In this document: in pieces, positions 13,583 through 24,900 of the stretch
Layout of the letters: each line of letters opens with the position of its first letter
How positions within the stretch are numbered: position 1 is the first letter of the stretch
Assembly (NCBI RefSeq): GCF_026571515.1
Contig: NW_026863607.1
Location: forward strand, 186,001 to 250,000
Reading direction: 5' to 3'
From: Ruditapes philippinarum
Lineage: Eukaryota
DNA: 64,000 nt
The notes under the pieces: generated by a model
The model's input: only the letters and a program-made list of their open reading frames with translations
Databases searched by the model: none
What the model was told of the DNA's origin: nothing
Translations under genes and position numbers: made by a program

Positions 13583-15976
13583 TTCTCCACAAATATGAGG
13601 CTAATAAGACATTTGTCGGAATGAACATATAGTATATAAATTTACTATCTATTTCATAAAATCTGGATAAGTTCCCTCGAAAATTAGTAACAACGCAGAC
13701 CTTGTGTGATTGAATCGCTCTATGAGAGATAATGTTACTTCTATCACGCCTTCTTGCATAAACCATATAAAGAAGAAGCGTTAAGAGGTTATTAGTTTTA
13801 CCATAAGAACTTTTAACGCAGATCCTGTTTTGTCAGTTAAATGGATCGTGATAGAAATGCGGTTTTTTGTTTGTTTTTTTTTTTCCTTCCTGTCTTTGCA
13901 TTTCAATGCAACATTTATCTCCCGATTATGTCACATTATTGTGTTGACTTCCCGTTACTATTCAATCGAAAACAAATGCCACAATTTAAATTGGAAGCTT
14001 TGTTTACAAATAGTATCACACTTTTTTGTATATTTCTTGTAATGAATATTAGGATATGTAGAGTATAATGGAACTTTTCTAAGTTAAACTCGGACATAAA
14101 AATATATTCAATTTGGTAGTAATATGCCCTTTGTAGATTGTTATTTTAGTAACTTTATGGTTCCTTTCTTTTAAATAAAATTTTAAAAAATGGTCATAGA
14201 TACGTTTGGACTTATTCAAGGTTAGAAAAAGAAATAATACTTCGGACAAATGGTATTGCAACAATAGAACTGAAGGATAAGTCATAATCAAGCATTTACA
14301 ATGAGCATCTGCGATGTTAAGACATGGGCACGTTCTCACCTTTAGTCTATTTATTATCACTTAATTAATCACGAAGGTCTGTCATTACATCCCGATCATG
14401 TGCGGAATGATTGCGTCCAAATGCCTTACGATAAAGATTAAAAATGCAACCTTTACTTAAATCGTGGCCAATTCTTGTGTCAGATACAACTTGTGATAAG
14501 AGCAACTATTGTTCAAGAAAACAAAGTCACATTTGCACCGACACAAATCGATTTTTCAAAATAGTATTTTATTACCATAAATGTGGCATTTGACGAATTG
14601 TCCTTTCAAACAACTAAGTAAACATATAAGTTGTGGTCAGTATTTGGCATTACTGTTGGCTATTTTAACACATCCGACGGTCAAATGATACATTTTTGAT
14701 GAAAAGTCATTGCCGATGAGGCAAAATCAGACAAGGAATTTGTTTTACAGGGGTGATAAAAAATATCGTTCTCGTTTTGTCCAGACTAATTACTGTTGTT
14801 TGTATGACCAGACAAGGGATTTATGGGAAGAACTTGTTAAATACATGACAAGGTATCATGAGGTAACAAATTAAAGAGCACGTGAATTCGTTCTAATTTC
14901 TAGCATTTTAGCAATTTTAACTGTTACAGTAATGTTTTCTCTCATATGTGCAAGAGAGTGCTAATTTTATTGCCCGGTATGGAGATGTAATGTGCATGAA
15001 AATGAGTTAAGAAACTCTGTACATCAAATGTTTTATATGTTTGTAAAGTTTTTGAGACATAGATGTACGTATATACAAGAACTTATATATAGGGGAAAAG
15101 GTAAAATAACAAAATCATTCATCAAAAGACTTTATTAAACTTTAAACCAAACAAATTCAAAAAGAAATATCTAGAATGCTTTTATATATTAATTTAATAT
15201 ATTTTTTCTATCTATCTAGCAATGTTCCATATCAATATTTATATTGAAAAATTGATAGTGATTTTATTATTTACTTATAACAATCAAAGAAATATTGACT
15301 CCTTTTAATTTTGCATTTAAAGTTTCTTTTTAATTTCAAATTCTATAATGATACATTTTTGATATTGCTAACTTTAAAATGGTGTACTTTTTATTTGTTA
15401 CATTCCAGGTCGTATCATTTCGCAAATCATTGCTTTCAAAACCCGATTAAGATTAAGAGAAGATACAAAGAGCATAAAAACGGAACTTAGAAGCATGTAT
15501 TTATATTTGCTGTAAACATTGACGTCATCGCTTTATGGTTGTTCTTGTTGTTTTATGATGACATTCATATACTATGATGTTACAAATATCGTTATCTGTT
15601 AGACATTTTGAGAGAAAACAACAGTTAAAGCTCATGAATGTATTCCTAAAATATTTAAATAGATTATGAGATAAGCTCTTTGCAGAATAAAAAAAATGCT
15701 TTAATGATTATTTAAGTTTTAAGCTCACGTGTAAGATAAGACATCCAATGAAAATTCAAATAAAGGGATGTATGTTGATTGAAATAGATTCGTTTCAATG
15801 TATAGCGCGTATCTGTCAACTAAATCATTTTAAATAGCGTGTGTAAATACCATCGGTTTGCATCCTTTGTTTGCAAAAATGACTATGTTTACAAAATTAT
15901 AAATTGCAATGCGTCAAATATATCACTGCTGAAAATTGGCTGTTTTTGTTGCCAATCAGAACTATAATTTCCGGTT

Positions 15977-16107
15977 TTACTTCCTTCTGCGTCCCACTGT
16001 TCTCATAAGCATGCGCAATCTGTTTGTGTTCATGTTGACTGACATTGGTAGCCGATTTTGAGCCAGAGTTTTTGTCATCATATCCAAGTTTTCCAAACCA
16101 GCTACTC
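15977..16107 (-). CDS. Neuropeptide precursor, last coding exon: GVAGLENLDMMTKTLAQNRLPMSVNMNTNRLRMLMRTV-GRRRK*; CRH/DH44/ELH-like amidated peptide
   Basis: Acceptor gttttgttttcgttatattttag| at 16108. Phase-1 reading gives an open frame ending GGA CGC AGA AGG AAG TAA, i.e. an amide-donor Gly, a basic cluster and a stop. The ORF track reads this exon in a different frame. Confidence 0.88.
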
Positions 16108-18309
16108 CTAAAATATAACGAAAACAAAACTATGTTAAAATTAATGTTCTTAAAGGATTCTGTATTCTCTATTGTATGATACAATATGTTACGTTTTTTA
16201 TATATTTATTTTGTTTGCATTGAAATCATTGTCAGCTTATTTCATCAAAGATTAGGCCTTCATTTCCGTCACTGTGTGACCTATCGTTAAATGTAACAAA
16301 TGCACTTTAGATAAGAATTGCAAAATTATGTATTTTTTCCGCGCAATATGAATATGAGTGACAATGTACGTCAAACAAAAAACTAAGAAACAAAAAACAA
16401 GCAGTAAATACGCCAAGTGAAGGTCGGCTGTCCCTTGGCATAAAATTACTTAGAAATTTAAATAAAATACAATTATCTGGTATTATCAAACAACCGATTT
16501 AACAGATCTACCTTATCAAACAGCTGCGATTGAAATGACATTGAAGAAACTTTATGATATATGATGATGAAAAGTGGGAGTAAAAATTGTTTCATAAGCT
16601 CTGACATATTTCATTTTGAAATTATAGTCGTTAATGCCTTTTATCGTTGATGTTACATGCTTTATGTCATACAATTGTCCAATATGTGATAAATATATTC
16701 ATTACGACAGTGTTACAATGTTACCCTACAATACTGAATTCTATAAGAGAATTGCAGAGCTGTTAAGCCTAGATTGGGCCAGGCAGTTGCAATGTCTTTG
16801 GCAAAAAACCTACAGTGTTCTGCATTACATTTAAAGTTAAATAAAAGGTTTGCCCGTTGATACACTACACTGATTAATTATTAATAATGTGAATAGAAAA
16901 CATTTTCAAGGTCTAATATGAATTTGATATGGATATTCTTGATTTGAAAAATGAAAACGATGATTGACGGAGTACAATTTGAATTTGATATAAATAGTTT
17001 TGGACGGGACTAGAAGGAGTAAACTAGTGATATGGCATGGACTATTTTGGCTTGGGAAATAAAAAAGATGCTAAATTGATAAAATCAGATCCAATAATTA
17101 TCACCAATGGTGCAAACGCTTGTACATTTTACAAGGTGTGAAATATAGAATTACACTTAATTTTGGAAATGGATTAGATTTTATATTTACCCATATGTTT
17201 TCAACGACTATAATTGAAACGATCTAGTACTGTCGGCTACGATTTTAAATTGATGTTATCATTTTCCAAAATATGTTATTCTGCTAGGACACAAGATAAT
17301 TAGATTTAGTCACTAACACTTATTTGAAATGACGTAAACATATCCTCCCTTGTAAGCCAAACTATAATAGGTAATTTAACAGCGACAACAACACTTGGAT
17401 TTCCTTAAATCAATATCTTTCTTACAGCCTAAATACGTTAGCAAGAGCAATTAGAATTTGTTATTTCTTCATAAATACTAAATTCTGTCACCGGAAGGTA
17501 TAATTTGTACCTTCTAATAGACACCTATGGAAGATAAGTCTTAACACCAGGTTAAGAAAACGTTAGCAAACCGTTATCAGATTTGTCAAAAGACCTTGTT
17601 AACGTAGATCAAACCGTTACTGAGCTAACAGAACATCCAATTATAGGAGATAATGGGCTTAAACAGAACAATACTTTTACTCATCGCTAAGCATCATATG
17701 CGCTTGCATGATAGTTGTACTTTTTTTTTGTTTTACAGCGAGGCGTTCAAATTGTATCAGAATAGTTTGGATATGTCAAATGCAGCGGCCATGGAGTAGA
17801 AATCAATTCACATTAATTTCGGTCTTCAATTGCTAAAATTTCATTTTTCATCAAAGCACAAGTACAACCCAAGGTATACAAGTTGTTCCCTTAACAGAAT
17901 GCGTAGGAATACAAATTCACTTATTATCAACATTTAAAGATTTTTTCAATTAATACATAAGACTATTTTAGTGGCCTCTAATTATTCAAGAAATAAATCA
18001 GTACTAGTTAAACGACGGTCAAAAGTACCTTCAGTAATGATATACAGCGTTATAATATAATTATAATACTGGTTTAAACAATCATATATTTTACATCGTC
18101 AGAACATATGAGGTGACATTTATTCAATGACTCAATAGTTTTAGCTGACGCTATGTAGAACATGTGTGGGTGGTTCGATATTCACCTTAAAGGACACACT
18201 TTAGGTATGAAGAATCAAAAACAGATCTTTAAAATCATTTTTTTTGTAGGAATAGCTCGATTATTGCCGCGAAACCACATGAGTAAGTACAAGCTATAGA
18301 TAAATTTAC

Positions 18310-18363
18310 CTAAACGTTTAAATCTTGATGCACCTTGGTCGTTCTCGTTGGCTTTCAGCTGGT
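18310..18363 (-). CDS. Neuropeptide precursor, coding exon 2 (54 nt, phase 1-1): DQLKANENDQGASRFKRL, containing the KR convertase site
   Basis: Acceptor attcttttt..atttcag| and donor TTA G|gtaaat. The exon is open, its length is a multiple of 3, its phases match both neighbouring exons, and it is locally GC-richer than its flanks. Confidence 0.88.
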
Positions 18364-19302
18364 CTGAAATTAAAAAGAATCACACATATGAAATCTTCAA
18401 ATATTAACCAAATTCAGAAACCTATAAAAATATATCCGCAATCTAAATGCCGTTTGACAAAGTGCATAAATAAATAGATAGTTCATTAAGAAAATTATCT
18501 TGAATACAACTGGCAAGCAAAGTTTCCTATTCGAAAACCGTTTAATTGCTAATATGTGTAATAAAAATCGCACATGACTGTTAACAATATTGGCTCTTTT
18601 TTAACTATAACAACAGCTCTTTACTGATTCCGCTATTTGTATATTCACGCCTTTGCTTTGATAAATACAATTCTTGATGTTCTATTTTTGTATTAGAGAA
18701 ATAATGCAATAGGCGTCAAGCAAACAATGTACTTGTATTTCCCATATTGTTCGGTTTCACTTTCCGTTTGTCTGATTCTTGCATTGTCCGTTTAATTATC
18801 ACCATAAATGATATCTACACACTTCATACTGTCATTTAATGATGGCACTGTGTTAAATTTAAGCTTCTTTACTTTATAATTACGTCATTTGAAACAGCTC
18901 GCCAACTATCTAAAAAGACAGGAATAATTAGAAGTAGTTCTTCCACGTTGCCAGATCGACATGTGATTTTGTTTTGTAAAGTAACATTTGTTAGATATTA
19001 TGATAGTTTTATTCTTGAAACAGGTCTTGTATTTCGAAAATTAAATAATGACTAGTATATGGCGTTAGATCAGAAACAAAATTCAAATATGAAAACTCGA
19101 AAATATCGTCCCATATGTTTGAGTTGTTTTAACATATAGGAAAATGAACATTTAGGATTTTTGAAGTCCTAGTGTCAAAGAATAAAATTATGTTTCTTTC
19201 AAGTTTATTGAATATATGTGTATTTTAAATATAATATCTTGAATATCTTTGATATTTTTGAACAGATCCAAAGAGATTATTACATATTTATCTTATTATT
19301 AA

Positions 19303-21134
19303 GGCGACAACGGACACTTTCCGTAGTACTACCATAAATGTCTTTTAAACCAACTTATTTTAGTAATAATTGTTATTTATTTAAATTATGTGCATTAAAT
19401 GTCTTTGATCTTCATAAAAAATATCATATTTGAAAAAAATGCCTTTGTAAATTATTGATTTTGATACAAAAATCTATAATATCAAAGTCATTTTTTATTT
19501 TTTTGTCATCAAACTCTTGGAATATATATAAACATAATTATAATATCTGGGGCACCGTGTCCCAGATTTGTTCTATCTTTTCTCAAAAAAAAAGTACGTA
19601 ACGTCAAACAATTTATGCGACTTTTTTCACCATACATATTACGTAATTAAAGATAATTAAGTCGCTGATTGAGCAAACAAAAATCCCTGACATGGTTCCT
19701 TCCGGAATTGAATTCCCTTTTATATGCTTTAAACCACATGTAAATTGCTTGTTGATTTAAAAAAGTTATGCCGATTCAAAGTTAGTCCGACGCGCATCAA
19801 ACGAAGTGTCATAAATCGGTTGTTCTCTCTCAAACCCCTACGTTTTCCGTTAAATTATTGTATAACACGCAAATATCACACCAAAGTGGGTGACACGATG
19901 TGGTAACTCATACTCTAACAACTTTTATTACCCAGTGACATCTGACCAATTAAAAAGCAGCTGATATTTTCTTCAAATCTTAACGTGATTTACTATCCGT
20001 CTGGTATCTGTCGCACATGTCACGTGACTATCTGTGAAATTTAAGGCACTTAGTGGGATAAAATGGAACGCATTTAACGTTCGTACTGCTATCGAGTAAT
20101 CATATTGTTTCGCTTTTGATGTTATTATTATTATCTAGCATCATCATCATTATTACTACAATATTATATCAGTGTCACTCTGCCTGTGTATTCGTGTATG
20201 AAATTCCGTTAAAATATCAATTAAAATAACGAAAAACTGTGCTCCTGACAGACTTTTAAAGTCCGTACATGGTACGTTGTACAAATAAGAACGGGATATT
20301 ATATATTTTTGTCCGATCAGTTCATATATTAAATGCTTGACATACATAGATTCAGTTTCTTCTTGGACATACAATAAGTTGTGTTCGATTTACTAATGAA
20401 CAATATATTCAAACCGTTCACTGAAAATATATTTTCATATCTTTAAGAATTAATTATCCGAAGACTATCGTAAAAAATAGTTTAGAAGTTTGTAAGGGCC
20501 ACCTGTCAACCTGTTCACATAAATGTGTTGTCTGTTTCTTTTGACATTGTTAGAAAAAACGAGGTTGCATGCAAAGCAAGCTCTTGAATCCGTACTTAAG
20601 TTCATAAACTCAATATAATGTCTATCAGATTACTTACGTGATAAATAAATTTCACACATTATGGATAAAGGCAGCTACATTGTTTTAACTATCCCAATGG
20701 TCGTGCGATTTACCGCTATGCTAAATTATTTGTTACATCTTGGCCGACAATTTCTTAATTTATAAAATGGCTACTTAAATGGTACACGATATAATGTTGA
20801 AATATTCATAAAAGATGTACAGTATTTTTATGATGCATGTATTACGAGTAATATCGACTGATAACAAATAAACCGGTAAGTCATGGATATATGGAACTAC
20901 CGATTTCCCTCATTGATGCCTCAATAGGGGGCGGCGTGTTATCGATAATTGACAGGCTACGCGCATAGCGGATAAAAAATGGTATAGGTATCGTTTTCAA
21001 ACGTTTAAAAACATAGTTTCTTGACTAACTGCTCTCAAAATTAAATCATGAATGTATTCAGAAAAGGTTGATAAATCTACTTAGCTAAAATCTCATTTTA
21101 GGTATTTTTAGTGATAATTGACTCCGTTGTCACT
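19303..21134. mobile_element. Putative non-autonomous Kolobok-type DNA transposon in an intron of the neuropeptide gene
   Basis: TTAA on both sides (19299-19302 and 21135-21138). Imperfect TIRs ggcgacaacgga / tccgttgtcact match at 10 of 12 positions and have RR..YY termini. No transposase ORF is present. Confidence 0.55.
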
Positions 21135-22545
21135 TTAATCTGTCCAGAATTTATTCCTATAATTGTGATATAAAAACATATTTTGTTTGATATTCTTCGT
21201 CGTTAGAGAGAAATATATTTCCCATTGTTTGATAAACCAAAATAATTTGATTAACAATCCACGTCATCAGAGGATCGTATTTTCTTCAGCATTTATATCG
21301 GATTTAATTAAATAAATGTTTCGATTTTTTTTCCTTCAGTCTAATGTATCTTTTACACATTACTTAACGTTACAAAAGTGCTGTAATGAAGCAGGGCTAT
21401 TTTCCAGCGCTCACTGGGAATATTAACACAATCCTTGCTGAATGCAAGCTTCATGCCGATACAATTATTATTACTGCTGATATAGTTAGGATCATGTGAA
21501 GTACACAAATTTGTCAAAGGTGTAACACTAATTTACTATAAATATTTATTTGCTCACCGGGTAAGGCGGCAATTCCGGAAAGAAACCATTATATTATAGC
21601 AACCTATTTTTATTAACAGCACATCCTAACATTCGATATGTCAAATTTAAATATAAAGTACATACAAGACATACATGTATGTCTGTTACCTAGGACCGCT
21701 TGATTAACCTTTAAGACACAGAAGTTTGAATATCTTCCTTACAACATATAAAACACTTAATGTACGTTCACGATGTTCATTGTTATTACATTTGTGTTTA
21801 TTATTTCTATATATTCATCATGTCTTGCTCCTACAAATTATTGTATTATGTTATTTGACTTTTGAGAAACGAAAATTTCACATTAAAAAAAACAATGTTT
21901 AAATTTTTTATTCTGTATTCGTTTTCTGATTGTATAAAAGTATTACTCTGTTAGTTTTTTTAGATAGCTTATTGATTTTAGCGAGTAAATTTCATACTGC
22001 ACTTGCAAGGAAAACCCTAAATAACACGATGCAGATAGCCAAAAAGCGGAAACACAAATCAGGTCTGAATATATATAGATATACGACAATATGTCATGTA
22101 GTTTGTTTCCTTACCATATAAAAGAGCTTGTAACATACTGAGAAAACATTTATGATCAGTGAAATCGGCTTACAACCAAAGTTGTAATGTTAGAAGAAGC
22201 AAATGTTAATCGAATAGTCAGGACTTGCATCCGTTGTTTTTGGGACCGATGCTACTGACTTCCAGTAAAATTTAATAAAGCACTATGCTATATCTACAAA
22301 ACTAATATATGTAGCCCAGTGTCACTAGGCAAGTATTACGACTTTTTTTATAGTAACAATATTATATTATATGGTGTTTCGTCAACAAAAGTCATTGTTA
22401 TGTTTAACATTTAATGAAATATGAATATCCTGTTCTCAATGATTAAGAATCTGTAGTTTACGCATTTATTATACGGACTAGTTGTACTGGCTGAGTATTT
22501 TACCTCATAATTAAATAAAAACAGTTGAATGGAAATAATTCTCAC

Positions 22546-22816
22546 CGTTTATGTAGTCGTAATTTGATGACTCAGCATTGTTCAAATGTTCATCTAACCA
22601 CTCCGAGGCTTTTCGGTTGAGATCAAGTTGTAATCGTGGTAAAAGATAAATGTCCCATAACGTTTTAAAGTCTTGTGTGGCAACGTCCTCATTGTTATAC
22701 CCTGTGTCAGTCGATCTGTCACCAGACACGGCCATTATTAATGAAACTATGACGGCAAATAAACATATAAACACTCGATGATTCAAATATAAGACATTTC
22801 CTCGGTAGATTTCCAT
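22546..22816 (-). CDS. Neuropeptide precursor, coding exon 1: signal peptide and acidic pro-region (MEIYRGNVLYLNHRVFICLFAVIVSLIMAVSG|DRSTDTGYNNEDVATQDFKTLWDIYLLPRLQLDLNRKASEWLDEHLNNAESSNYDYIN)
   Basis: ATG at 22816-22814 sits in a GCCATGG Kozak context. A hydrophobic stretch VFICLFAVIVSLIMAVSG ends in small residues, as expected for a signal peptide. There is an upstream acceptor (ccttttcag, exon start 22877) and a phase-1 donor AAC G|gtgag at 22545. Confidence 0.9.
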
Positions 22817-24228
22817 GGCAAAGATTGTTTGATTTTGCAACTTTTTTTTCTATTCGTTACTTTTACTTAAATGAAATCTGAAAAGGAAACATTTTGTTTA
22901 GAAATAAATATCATACCAAAATCAGAATTAAAATACAAACATTATATTTGAAGAAAATATGTTTGTTAAGACTGAGTTCAAATATCATATATTGCATCTG
23001 TGTCAATAATCATAAGTGATAAGGTGGTTTCTTAAATACGAAGAGTATCAGTCTACTATTACAATAATGAAGCAAAAAAAGAGACAGTCTGTTGAAATAA
23101 TTCGCCAATGCCAGATAACACCGTTATCCCTTATGCTTCCAATGATTATAACAAAAAAGTATGAAATTGTATGATAGAACGATGTGTTACAGCCTCTATT
23201 TACTATAAGAGTAGATTACTTTCTGTTCTAATAAATATAGAAACATCAACTATATCAAATTAGCACGATCATCCTATCAATGCTGTAATCTAATTAATAA
23301 AATGGTCGGACGTGATCTTCTCAGGATAAATGCGAAGTAAAATGCAAACAAATAGGCTTTTGACATGCAATAAGCAAAAGCTTTGTTACCATAACATTTA
23401 AATCAGAAAATTGTTATGTGAAATAACATTTACAACCTTTCGAGATATATCTACTTTTCTTAGCGGTTGCAGTCGAAGACTTATAGCTAATAAAAAGTAT
23501 GAACACAATAAAACCAATGTTTGATCTTTTTAAATATTTTTTTCTTAAAAACAATTTCGAGCAAAATCTGTTTAATTTCTAAATCACCTTTTCATGTTTC
23601 TAACATGCCTTTTGGCAAGTAAACTTTTGAAATTATCAGGCCAAAATTCGTATTCATTTACAGATTATTAAAACTACTATAAAAGCTTACTTTGCAAATT
23701 AGTTGACACAATTTCAAAATCGCAAATTCAAATAAAACATTTGTTTCGTATAATATATATCAAGAATTAGTTACTTTGTTTCGCAATTTATTATATAAGA
23801 TTTAAAATAATTCACTATTTTTTCTTTGTATCAAATCAACAACTTAGAATACATTAAAACTATAATGTATTTTATCTTCAAATATAAATTTTATGTCAAT
23901 GATAAATTTTATAAAAGCACAGTAAAATCCATTTTACGTTGTCATTCAGACATACTTATGCACTGACTTAACATCAGTCGATGATTAGGTTTGTTGACTT
24001 TTTAAATACAATTAATTTAAAAAAAAAAAAATAATTTATAAATGTTTAATTATATGGCGTATTTAAAAAAGATTATTAGAATATTTGTCCATATAAAGAA
24101 TAAATTTGTTTATTTTTGTTACTTATAGAATTTACTTTATTCCTTATCAAAACATATCACTTATATCAATAGATGAATTAAATTAATTATTTGTTATCAA
24201 ATATTAAAACTAATTAAATCGCAGTTAC

Positions 24229-24327
24229 CTTGTTTAACCTTAATAATGTTCGATAAAAAAATACATCCGTAGTAAAATAAAGTCGATAATAAAAATGTGA
24301 CACAAAACTCAATGGAACATATTTATA
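24229..24327 (-). promoter_or_regulatory. Candidate TATA promoter and short non-coding first exon of the neuropeptide gene
   Basis: Minus-strand TATAAATA at 24327-24320, an Inr-like TCACATT about 29 nt downstream (24300-24294), and a donor AAG|gtaact at 24228 that could splice to the acceptor at 22878. Confidence 0.5.
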
Positions 24328-24769
24328 CAAGACCGAATTGCATAAAGAACGCTCATGTATCCATACGCTGATACCAAAACTAACACATACAGAGAGAAAA
24401 TGTCTCTCTTATAACCAATACACTGTATTGTAAAATATCCATTGCTTTATAATTCAAAATATTTCGACATTGTGCTGAGACTAGTTACTAACTGACAATA
24501 AGCCTGACAAAATCATCTAATCTAACATGATGCCATACCGTTTAATCTGTATCAGATACTTGTCGTTCAGTGGCTTTTTCTCTAGTGAAGATATTTCCAC
24601 ATGTGTGATCTCTTATAGCGGTAAGGGTCGCTAAGCACGCGATCAGGACTAATAATTGCATCATTTTTACCTGAGAACTTAACAAATTATCTGTTTTTTA
24701 ATGAATTATTTAAGGCTCTACAATGTACACTTTCTTATATTAAAGTAAAGTCTTTCTTTTCTTTCATGT

Positions 24770-24900
24770 TAGAGAGTTATCAACGTAGCTTACGAAATGT
24801 CGGTGGTGATCGGATGTATACCCGTATGAAATAATGACGGCGGGACACCTGAGATAGTATAGTAAAGCCTACTGTGTGTGTGCGACGTAAAACCAAACAT
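24770..24900 (+). mobile_element. Degenerate SINE 3' fragment
   Basis: tagcttacgaaatgtcggtggt...tgaaataatgacggcgggacacctg...tgtgtgcgacgtaaaaccaaac resembles the body and tail of a common bivalve SINE (recognised from memory). Confidence 0.45.

Noticed and set aside
15520-15527. Perfect CRE (TGACGTCA) just 3' of the neuropeptide stop codon
   Set aside because: A single 8-mer is expected by chance in 64 kb and has no supporting context.
15897-16184. 95-aa minus-strand ORF in the track
   Set aside because: Wrong frame. The real exon inside it is read in phase 1 from the acceptor at 16108 and gives the amidated peptide.
17720-17800. Plus-strand acceptor followed by a short open frame (EAFKLYQNSLDMSNAAAME*)
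   Set aside because: No partner exons or recognisable protein; consistent with chance in a T-rich intron.
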